From Nitrincola iocasae (GTDB taxonomy: Bacteria; Pseudomonadota; Gammaproteobacteria; Pseudomonadales; Balneatricaceae), in contig NZ_CP044222.1 in NCBI RefSeq assembly GCF_008727795.1, positions 1,762,518 to 1,786,517 on the forward strand: a DNA stretch of 24,000 bases, given 5' to 3'. Below are positions 1-7,584 of the stretch, piece after piece (positions within the stretch are counted from its first letter, which is position 1; each line of letters opens with the position of its first letter). The notes beneath the pieces are model-generated. The model did not search any database. It was given only the letters and a program-made list of their open reading frames with translations, and was not told where the DNA came from. The position numbers and the translations under genes are program-made.

Positions 1-18
1 TTTAAATAGTTTAGAGGA

Positions 19-60
19 TCAAGCTGGCTGACCCCTTGATGAGCTGGCTGACCCCTTGAT
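19..60 (+). repeat. Tandem doublet of a 20-22 nt REP-like element (TCAAGCTGGCTGACCCCTTGAT at 19-40; GAGCTGGCTGACCCCTTGAT at 41-60)
   Basis: Read directly. The 18-nt core AGCTGGCTGACCCCTTGA is repeated head-to-tail. The same core recurs at 12536-12556 (inverted) and 13326-13346, flanking a RAYT gene. The unit is an imperfect palindrome with TCAAG / CTTGA arms. Confidence 0.8.
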
Positions 61-1134
61 GGTTTGTCGGTAAGCGGGGGTTAGTTGGGAAAGACGCCAG
101 TTATTGGGTGCGGGTTGTTCTGGTGGGTTGTGTAGCCAGTGAATCAGCTGTTCGGCGGCGGCGTCAGCTTCGGTATCCGGGTCTTGGGGATGGCTGGCAT
201 AACACTGCTCAGTCGGGATGTACTCAGGGTAAGCCAGGCGATTTGGTGCTAGCGCGAGGCAGCCAGAGGCCATGGCTTCGAGCATGGAAAGGCCCTGAAA
301 ATCGTGCAGAGCGGTGGATAACACGATATCAGCTTGCTGCAATAGTTGATGATACTCATCGACCTGGGTTTGATAACCAAAGTGCAACAGGCGGCTGTGG
401 TGTGCCTGTTGAATCTGTGCAAAGGCCTCGGGTTGCTGTCGAAACTGCTCACCTACCAGACTTAAACGAAAATCCTGTCCGCGTGCTACCAGATTATCCA
501 GCAGTTTCAGTAAACGATCTGGTCCCTTGTCGTATTCCCAGCGATGGTTCCAAAGCAGGTGCGGGCAACGGGTATCTGTCAGGCGTGCGCGTTTAACAAA
601 CAGCTTGTCTTCTATGGGAACTGGCAAGATGGACGATTTAGCCAACAACGCCTGTGGCAGGCCCTTGGGGAGTGCATCGGGCAGCTTTTTTAACAGTCCG
701 GCGACACCCTGAACAAAACTCTGGCGATTCCACTCACTGTTGAACAGCAACCGGTCTGCGGCAACGGCACTGTAAAGGTTAATCATTTGTGGCTCATAGC
801 TGTTGAACTGACGGCCAGAGTCCGGAAAAGCAAACTGGTTTTCGTGCAAATAGAGCAGAGCAGGCACTTGCGCCAGTTTTGGATGAAAACCGCGCAGGCT
901 GGCAAGATCCGTCATGGAAGTGGCCAGGAGCAGATCCCAGGGCTGTTGCAGCAAGGGCTCATTCAACCAACTCAGCGCATTACCGCGTATCCGCCAACTG
1001 AAGTAACGGGGCGGCAGTGACAGACAATGCCACTCAAACTCAGGTAATGAGTTTACTAACTGTTGCCGCCAGCGCTGATGGCTGGCGGCGTCATAGGCAG
1101 AGAGAATCAGGATACGGGGGCGGGTTGGACTCAT
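19..1134 (-). CDS. GTDC1/QTMAN-like glycosyltransferase (DUF3524 N-domain plus GT group-1 C-domain)
   Basis: 371-aa ORF. Motifs match the animal GTDC1 (queuosine-tRNA mannosyltransferase) family as I recall it: LYLHENQFAFP, LLWNHRWEYDKGPDR, SLVGEQF, and STALHDFQGLSMLEAMASGCLALAPNRLAYPEYIP. The last 13 codons and the stop are encoded by the REP doublet at 19-60. Confidence 0.85.
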   Translation of the reverse strand: MSPTRPRILILSAYDAASHQRWRQQLVNSLPEFEWHCLSLPPRYFSWRIRGNALSWLNEPLLQQPWDLLLATSMTDLASLRGFHPKLAQVPALLYLHENQFAFPDSGRQFNSYEPQMINLYSAVAADRLLFNSEWNRQSFVQGVAGLLKKLPDALPKGLPQALLAKSSILPVPIEDKLFVKRARLTDTRCPHLLWNHRWEYDKGPDRLLKLLDNLVARGQDFRLSLVGEQFRQQPEAFAQIQQAHHSRLLHFGYQTQVDEYHQLLQQADIVLSTALHDFQGLSMLEAMASGCLALAPNRLAYPEYIPTEQCYASHPQDPDTEADAAAEQLIHWLHNPPEQPAPNNWRLSQLTPAYRQTIKGSASSSRGQPA

Positions 1135-1252
1135 AAATGAAATTCAGGCCGTTACCAAATGCGCTGTATTGTTCCACAAAATCTATCGCTTGTCGGCAAG
1201 CCTGGTCACAAAAATCCAACCACATCCCCGTTTATTTGCAGCAAGGCTTTGC

Positions 1253-1666
1253 TTACTCGACTGTAATGGTTATTTTCTCCGAGATCATTGGCTCAGTATG
1301 GGGGATATGCATCAAATCACCCATTAGCAGCTGCAGCGTATGCTCACCGGGTTCCAGCTCCAGGGTGACTTCGGTTTGCCCACCACCAAAGTGCAAATGA
1401 CGTTCATCCGTTGGGACCGGCATATCCAGAGCGGGCAAGGTGTCGACATTGATTAACAGATGGTGATGCCCGGTGTTTGGGAAATCAACGCCAGCAGGTG
1501 CAACTCCCATGCCTTTCACTCCAAAGTGAACAGTAACCGGGTTGCTAAGGGTTTCACCGTCTGCTGGAGAGATGATATAGAGTTTTTTCTCCTCGTTAGC
1601 AACCGATGACAGTGGCAGCAGAAATAAAAGCAGAAGTAGAGCCAGAAGAGGGGATTGCCATTTCAT
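1253..1666 (-). CDS. Secreted DUF4399-family protein
   Basis: 137-aa ORF with an N-terminal signal peptide (MKWQSPLLALLLLLFLLPLSSVA). Carries the HHHLLIN and HLHFGGGQTE motifs I associate with DUF4399. An AAGGAG Shine-Dalgarno lies 6 nt upstream of the ATG on the - strand (1673-1678). Confidence 0.7.
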   Translation of the reverse strand: MKWQSPLLALLLLLFLLPLSSVANEEKKLYIISPADGETLSNPVTVHFGVKGMGVAPAGVDFPNTGHHHLLINVDTLPALDMPVPTDERHLHFGGGQTEVTLELEPGEHTLQLLMGDLMHIPHTEPMISEKITITVE

Positions 1667-1813
1667 GATGAACTCCTTGTTATGCTTATTTTTGGGTGTG
1701 AGTGACTGTCTTCAGCCTAGATCAACCAGGATGCTTGTCAAATAGAGCAATAACGATAATAGCTCCAATAAACACCTCCAGCCGTAATAAGTACAAATAA
1801 TCGGAGTGAAAAT

Positions 1814-2509
1814 ATGTCAACTATCTACATCCTGGGAGGCGGAGCTATAGGCTCAGCTGTTGCTCGGCTCAAAGCCTCTACCGGAGCATCGGTTACCCTC
1901 ATTACCAGACATCCAAACGATCTGCCTGACAATATTAATCAGATACACATCGCCTCCTGGGACTGGCATGAAATTACGCAGACACTTCACAACTTAGCCT
2001 TACCCGATCAATTTCTGGTAACCAATGGCCTGCTTTGGTCAGAAACACAAAGGCCAGAGAAGCGCACCGAGGCACTGACTCAGGAGGCATTACTTGCTTC
2101 ATTTTCCGCAAATGTTTTAGTGACGGCGGCTTGTTTACAGCACGTAAGTGGCCGAATGAAGCGTGATACCGTCCTAAGATTTATGGCGATTTCAGCAAAG
2201 GTTGGCAGTATTAGTGATAATCGATTAGGGGGGTGGTATGCCTATCGTACATCCAAAGCGGCTTTGAATATGCTGGTTAAAACCACAGCAATAGAGTGGC
2301 AACGGCGCTTTCCGTTATCGGCTTTGGCCACCTACCATCCGGGTACAACAGCTAGTGGTTTGTCTGAACCTTTCCAGCAGCGTGTACCAGCTGGTCAGCT
2401 TAAAACACCTGAAGATGCGGCGCATTGTTTAGTGGAAGTCATAAATTCTCTAGCGCCTGAGGCGAGTGGTCAATTATTGAACTGGGATGGAAATACACTG
2501 GCATTTTGA
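1814..2509 (+). CDS. Short-chain dehydrogenase/reductase (SDR) family oxidoreductase
   Basis: 231-aa ORF with a Gly-rich N-terminus (ILGGGAIGSAVA) and the catalytic YxxxK motif (YRTSKAALN). GGAG lies upstream of the ATG. Confidence 0.75.
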   Translation: MSTIYILGGGAIGSAVARLKASTGASVTLITRHPNDLPDNINQIHIASWDWHEITQTLHNLALPDQFLVTNGLLWSETQRPEKRTEALTQEALLASFSANVLVTAACLQHVSGRMKRDTVLRFMAISAKVGSISDNRLGGWYAYRTSKAALNMLVKTTAIEWQRRFPLSALATYHPGTTASGLSEPFQQRVPAGQLKTPEDAAHCLVEVINSLAPEASGQLLNWDGNTLAF

Positions 2510-2577
2510 TTTACATAACAGAGCGCTTAACCTAAAGTCGATACTGGATCAAATAATAAATATCACTAGGAGGCTGC

Positions 2578-3732
2578 ATGGTTCCTGTTTCCATGAGTGC
2601 AATGTGTTTAATGGGTCATGGCGGGCTGGAGCAACTGGTCTATCGTCAGGATGTGCCAGTACCAGAGCCTAAAGATGATGAAGTCCTGGTGAAAATCACT
2701 GCAACGGCAAAAAATAATACGGACAGAAAAGCGCGTGAAGGTTTGTATCCGGTTGGCAGCAGCAACGAAGTCACGTCCTTTCAGATGGGAGGGACGCCAA
2801 CCCTAACCTTTCCACGTATTCAGGGTGCGGATGTTGTCGGTAGAATTGTTGCCGCAGGTCGGGATGTACCCGTGTCTCGCATAGGCGAGCGTGGTTTACT
2901 GGACTTTAATCTCTACCCGGATGAGCGTGAAAACCTGAATCTGATGCCTGACTACTATGGCCATGGAGCTGATGGTGGTTATGCTGACTATGTTGCAGTA
3001 AAAGCAAATCAGTTTTATCACCTGCCGAATAAAGACCTGGCCGATGCTGAATTGGCTTCAATGGGCATGTGTTCCTATCAAACCGCGTATCATATGTTAA
3101 CGGCAGCCAAGGTCTGTGCTGGAGAGCGAGTGCTGGTATCTGGTGCTAGTGGTGGCGTGGGTACAGCCCTGATTCAACTATGTCGTATTATGGATGCCAT
3201 TCCTTATGCTGTGAGTCAGCCAGATAAAGCTGAGGGCTTGTTAGAGCTGGGAGCTGAAGCTGTAATAGATCGCGGAAGTATGGATGATTTTGTCGAGCGT
3301 GTGCTGAGTGCGACTGGTGGTGCCCCGATTGATGCCGTGATGGATCTTGTGGGCGGAGAGATGACTGATCGTTTTATCGATACCATGATTCAGGATATGC
3401 ATGCCCGAACAACCTATCCGCGCCTAAGTATTGCCGGTGCCAGTGGTGGTAATATCAGTCAGGTGATGTGGACACGAATTTACCTTTATCAAGTGCAGAT
3501 TTTTGGTGTGTCGCATGGAACCCGGCAAGAGGCACAACAATTAATGCATTGGATAGAGCAGGGGAAACTCAAACCTGTTTTGCATGGTACTTTTCGGCTT
3601 TCAGACTTGCATGCGGCTGAAACCTATTTTGTTAACCGAAGCAGTAACTATCTGGGAAAAATAGTCATTGTTCCGGATGGTGAATGGGCTGAACATGGTG
3701 CTCCTTTTGCGTTGCCGGAGGCTGAAGTATGA
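2578..3732 (+). CDS. Medium-chain dehydrogenase/reductase, quinone-oxidoreductase-like (probably zinc-free)
   Basis: 384-aa ORF. Has the cofactor motif VSGASGGVGTALIQL and no GHE-type zinc-ligand motif. AGGAGG at 2568-2573 sits 4 nt before the ATG. The stop overlaps the next gene's start (ATGA at 3729-3732). Confidence 0.8.
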   Translation: MVPVSMSAMCLMGHGGLEQLVYRQDVPVPEPKDDEVLVKITATAKNNTDRKAREGLYPVGSSNEVTSFQMGGTPTLTFPRIQGADVVGRIVAAGRDVPVSRIGERGLLDFNLYPDERENLNLMPDYYGHGADGGYADYVAVKANQFYHLPNKDLADAELASMGMCSYQTAYHMLTAAKVCAGERVLVSGASGGVGTALIQLCRIMDAIPYAVSQPDKAEGLLELGAEAVIDRGSMDDFVERVLSATGGAPIDAVMDLVGGEMTDRFIDTMIQDMHARTTYPRLSIAGASGGNISQVMWTRIYLYQVQIFGVSHGTRQEAQQLMHWIEQGKLKPVLHGTFRLSDLHAAETYFVNRSSNYLGKIVIVPDGEWAEHGAPFALPEAEV

Positions 3733-4766
3733 GTAGACAACTGAGTCTGCATTTGATGGATACGCATGCCGGAGGGGACGTTAGCCGGATCGTCTATGCC
3801 GGTGTAAAAGCCCTACCGGGAGAGAATGTCCGACAACAGATGGAATACCTGCAGCACCAGGCTGATGGGCTGAGGACACTGTTATTGTCCGAACCCTATG
3901 GTATTCCGGAAATGTCGGTGGATCTGCTGGTGCCAGCCACTAACCCGCAAGCGGTCGCCGGTTATATTATTATGGAGGTGATGGGCTATCCGATCTATTC
4001 CGGCTCCAACACCCTGTGCACAGCAACCGCTGTGCTGGAACTGGGTGTGGTACCCAAGCAGGAAGGTCGACAGCAATTTATGCTGGAATCACCGGCTGGA
4101 CTGGTACAGATCGACGCTGAGATACGCGACGGGGTGGTGGAATCAATTACCTGTGAAGGCCTTCCCAGTTATATCGATAGCTATCAACAAACTATCCTGG
4201 TACCCGGCTTGGGGGAGGTGACCTACAGCATTGCCTACAGTGGTGGTTTTTACGCTCTGGTGGATGCAGCCGAGCTGGGTTTCAATCTGACACTCGATGA
4301 AGAAGCCCGTTTAAGTGTCTGTGCACACGCGATAATTGAGGCGATTAGAATAGAGCAAAATTTTCGTCATTATTCACTGGATGATGTCGGCCCCATTCCT
4401 TTCCTGCATTTTATGGGGCCGGTTGAAAATCCGGCAAAGGGGCAGTATCAATCACGTTCGGCTACCTACGTGCATCCGGGTGTGATCTGTCGAAGTACCA
4501 CGGGTACCGGTACCTCTGCGCGTCTGGCTTTGATGCAGTATGAAAAGCGCATTGTGCCAGGAGATACGCTGGAAACCTGCTCTTTGAGAGAAACCCGCTT
4601 TGTTGGCCGATTTACCGGTTTGAGTCAGGTAGAAGGGCAAACGCTGGTTGAAAACAGCATTACCGGTAAAGCCTATGTGTTAAATCGTGCTGAAATAATC
4701 GTGAATGCAGATGATCCCATGGTGAAAAGTGACGGGTTAGGTTCGTTGCTCTATCCACTTGACTGA
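3729..4766 (+). CDS. Proline racemase / hydroxyproline epimerase-dehydratase superfamily protein, Ser/Thr active-site variant
   Basis: 345-aa ORF. The N-terminal DTHAGGDVSRIV matches the DSHTGGEPTR motif. GYPIYSGSNTL aligns with GYLGMCGHGTI, and CRSTTGTGTSARLA aligns with DRSPCGTGTSAKLA of Pseudomonas 4-hydroxyproline epimerase. The catalytic positions are Ser91 (TCC 3999-4001) and Thr258 (ACG 4500-4502). Confidence 0.85.
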   Translation: MSRQLSLHLMDTHAGGDVSRIVYAGVKALPGENVRQQMEYLQHQADGLRTLLLSEPYGIPEMSVDLLVPATNPQAVAGYIIMEVMGYPIYSGSNTLCTATAVLELGVVPKQEGRQQFMLESPAGLVQIDAEIRDGVVESITCEGLPSYIDSYQQTILVPGLGEVTYSIAYSGGFYALVDAAELGFNLTLDEEARLSVCAHAIIEAIRIEQNFRHYSLDDVGPIPFLHFMGPVENPAKGQYQSRSATYVHPGVICRSTTGTGTSARLALMQYEKRIVPGDTLETCSLRETRFVGRFTGLSQVEGQTLVENSITGKAYVLNRAEIIVNADDPMVKSDGLGSLLYPLD

Positions 4767-4876
4767 GTTGATCGCCAAGACAGTGCCATCTAGTGCTCGT
4801 GTCGTATAGATATTTTTGCTATTTTCACTGGAGCTATAGCAATAAATAGCTGTTTTATAACAACGAGGAGCTAGTC

Positions 4877-6241
4877 ATGGCGTTTGCAAAAGTGCAGGAA
4901 GCACTCGATTTTCTGGATCGTTATCCTGATATAGAGCTGTTCGAATTGTTTATTCTGGATGCCAATGGTGTGCCGAGGGGCAAGCTGCTGCATCGCGAGG
5001 AGCTGTTGCCGGTGTATGAATCCGGTCGCCCCCTGCCAAGCACTATTATGGGCCTGTCTATTAACGGCGACGATGTCGAAGATTCGGGCCTGGTGTGGGA
5101 TGTCGGTGATGTTGATTGCCGTGCCTACCCACTGACGGGTAGCCTGGTGCCCATGCCATGGCGAAGCATTCCGACAGCAGCACTACAAGTCAGTATGCAT
5201 CCACAACAGGGGCTGCCTGCGGCCGTGGCTGATCCGCGTCATCTGTTAAAGCAGGTTATCGGGCGCCTGGAAGCCAAAGGCTATTATCCTGTGATGGCTT
5301 GTGAGCTGGAGTTCTACTTGTTGGATCAACAAACCAACAGCCTTGGCCAACCTCAGTTGGCACCTGAGCCAAGTGGTGCCAGACCCGGCACCACGCAAGT
5401 GTATGGCCTGCGTGAGCTGGAACAATTAGAGCCGTTTCTGGCGGATCTCTACGCCGCCTGCAAACTGCAAGGCATACCGGCGCGCACGGCGATATCTGAA
5501 TATGCACCCGGTCAGGTTGAAATCACGCTACAGCATGGTGATGCCTTGACCGCTATGGACCAGGCAGTGCGCTACAAGCGGTTGGTGAAAGGGGTGGCAC
5601 ATCAGCATGGCATGCAAGCCTGTTTTATGGCTAAACCCTTTGCACAGCTGTCAGGTTCAGGCATGCACATGCATATCAGTCTGAACGATGGCCAAGGTAA
5701 GAATCTCTTCGCCAGCGATGATCCGGCTGGAACGCCACTATTGCGTTGGTCGATTGGTGGCATGCTGGCGTGTCTGGTCGATACACTGCTGTTTTTCTGC
5801 CCTAACGCCAACTCCTATCGGCGCTTCCAATCGGAAAGTTACGCACCGCTGGCGCCCACCTGGGGTGTCGATAACCGCACGGTATCGATGCGTATTCCCG
5901 GAGGTCCGCCTGCCAGTCGTCATATTGAACACCGTATCTGTGGTGCTGATGCCAATCCGTATTTGGCAGCAGCTGCGATTCTGGCTGGTGTGCTGCGTGG
6001 TATTGATGAACAAATAGATCCAGGTGCACCGGTGACTGGCAATGGTTATGCCCAGGTGACTGAAACCCTGCCGGGTGATTGGCTAACCACCCTGAATGCC
6101 TGTTCCACCTCGACTTGGCTACCCGAGCTGATAGACCCTGCATTTCTCAAAATTTATCAGGCAGTTAAGCAGGCTGAGTACCAGCAGTTTATGGCTGAAG
6201 TGGGTGAGCAGGACTGGCGCTGGTATCGCCACACGGCTTGA
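4877..6241 (+). CDS. Glutamine-synthetase-family gamma-glutamyl-amine (PuuA/PauA-like glutamate--polyamine) ligase
   Basis: 454-aa ORF with GS catalytic motifs GSGMHMHISL, NSYRRF, NRTVSMRIPGG and EHRICGADANPYL. N-terminal region resembles PuuA. GAGGAG lies 6 nt upstream of the ATG. Confidence 0.8.
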   Translation: MAFAKVQEALDFLDRYPDIELFELFILDANGVPRGKLLHREELLPVYESGRPLPSTIMGLSINGDDVEDSGLVWDVGDVDCRAYPLTGSLVPMPWRSIPTAALQVSMHPQQGLPAAVADPRHLLKQVIGRLEAKGYYPVMACELEFYLLDQQTNSLGQPQLAPEPSGARPGTTQVYGLRELEQLEPFLADLYAACKLQGIPARTAISEYAPGQVEITLQHGDALTAMDQAVRYKRLVKGVAHQHGMQACFMAKPFAQLSGSGMHMHISLNDGQGKNLFASDDPAGTPLLRWSIGGMLACLVDTLLFFCPNANSYRRFQSESYAPLAPTWGVDNRTVSMRIPGGPPASRHIEHRICGADANPYLAAAAILAGVLRGIDEQIDPGAPVTGNGYAQVTETLPGDWLTTLNACSTSTWLPELIDPAFLKIYQAVKQAEYQQFMAEVGEQDWRWYRHTA

Positions 6242-6270
6242 TAGATTTCAGGATGATGAAGGATTGACTG

Positions 6271-7584
6271 ATGCAACATAAAAATTTGGCTGGGGCACCT
6301 CATCAGGAGCGCTTGCCTTCCTACTACAGTGCCACAGTGAATGATCAAATCGCTTACCCGCCTTTGCAGGAAGATATAGAAACGGATGTGGCGATTATAG
6401 GTGCAGGCTTTACCGGCATTGCGTCAGCGCTGGAACTGGCTGAGCGCGGGTACCGTGTGGTGGTCGTGGAGTCCAATCGTGTTGGCTGGGGCGCCTCGGG
6501 TCGTAATGGCGGTCAGGTGACCGGCAGCTTGTCCGGCGATGCGGCGATGCGGAAGCAGATGCGTGAAACGCTGGGTAAGGATGTCGATGATTTTATCTGG
6601 TTTATGCGTTGGCATGGACACGACATTATTCGTCAGCGTGTTGAGAAGTATGCCATTGACTGTGATCTGCGCTTTGGTCATCTGCATACAGCGATGAAGC
6701 CGGTACACCTGGATGAACTCCAGCAGAGTTATGCCGAGGCGCAGGCTCGCGGTATGGCCGATCAGGTCAGCTTACTTGATGCAGATGGCGTCCAGGCGGT
6801 GTTGGCAACAGAGCTGTATTGCGGAGCGCTTCGGAATAACCGCAATATGCACCTGCACCCATTGAACCTCTGTCTGGGTGAAGCGCGTGCAGCGGTTTCT
6901 TTGGGTGCCCGGATTTTTGAGCAGACGCAGGTTCAGGCCATTGAAGAGGGAGGTAAGCCGGTTGTAGTCACTGATCGAGGCCGTATTCGTGCCAGTCATG
7001 TTTTGCTGGCGGGTGATGTGTATCATCGCTTGGCTCAAAAGCAACTGGGCGGGATGATTTTTCCCGCGATGGGGGGCATAGTCACAACTGAACCTCTGGG
7101 TGAATTAGCCAGGCAGTTGAATCCGGAGAACCTGGCCGTATATGACTGCCGTTTTGTGTTGGATTACTACCGCATGACCGCCGATGGACGCCTGCTTTTT
7201 GGGGGTGGCTGTAATTACTCCGGCCGTGACTCCCGCGATATAGCGGCTGAATTGCGACCCGCAATTGAAGCGACCTTTCCTCAGTTGAAAGGTGTTCATA
7301 TTGAACATCAATGGAGTTGTGCCATGGGGATTGTGGTCAACCGTATTCCGCAATTGGGTCAGTTATCCCCCAATGTCTGGTACTGTCAGGGGTATTCCGG
7401 TCATGGTGTGGCCAGTAGCCATATTATGGGTGAAATTATGGCTGAGGCGATTAGCGGTCAACTGGATAAGTTTGATGTCTTTGCCCGCTGTTCACATGTG
7501 CGTGTCCCCATGGGTGATTGGCTGGGTAATCCGATGCTGGCAGCAGGGATGTGGTACTACCGTTTGCGGGAAGCACTGCGTTGA
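6271..7584 (+). CDS. FAD-dependent oxidoreductase, PuuB-like (gamma-glutamylputrescine oxidase family)
   Basis: 437-aa ORF. Has the PSYYSATVN start region and the Rossmann motif DVAIIGAGFTGIASALELAERG. GASGRNGGQ, LDYYRMTADGRLLFGGG, FPQLKG and QGYSGHGV are collinear with E. coli PuuB as I recall it. Confidence 0.8.
   Translation: MQHKNLAGAPHQERLPSYYSATVNDQIAYPPLQEDIETDVAIIGAGFTGIASALELAERGYRVVVVESNRVGWGASGRNGGQVTGSLSGDAAMRKQMRETLGKDVDDFIWFMRWHGHDIIRQRVEKYAIDCDLRFGHLHTAMKPVHLDELQQSYAEAQARGMADQVSLLDADGVQAVLATELYCGALRNNRNMHLHPLNLCLGEARAAVSLGARIFEQTQVQAIEEGGKPVVVTDRGRIRASHVLLAGDVYHRLAQKQLGGMIFPAMGGIVTTEPLGELARQLNPENLAVYDCRFVLDYYRMTADGRLLFGGGCNYSGRDSRDIAAELRPAIEATFPQLKGVHIEHQWSCAMGIVVNRIPQLGQLSPNVWYCQGYSGHGVASSHIMGEIMAEAISGQLDKFDVFARCSHVRVPMGDWLGNPMLAAGMWYYRLREALR

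Noticed and set aside
19-60. Possibility that the 20-nt tandem repeat is the edge of a CRISPR array
   Set aside because: The copies are directly abutting with no spacers, and the unit is too short. The same motif flanks a RAYT gene, which identifies it as REP-like.
108-596. 162-aa + strand ORF opposite the GTDC1-like gene, and an 87-aa ORF at 1137-1400 opposite the DUF4399 gene
   Set aside because: They overlap better-supported genes on the other strand, and I recognise no motifs or Shine-Dalgarno sequence.
5256-6348. Cluster of 60-113-aa ORFs in other frames over the GS-like gene
   Set aside because: They are all nested within a gene that has clear GS catalytic motifs, and none has recognisable features.
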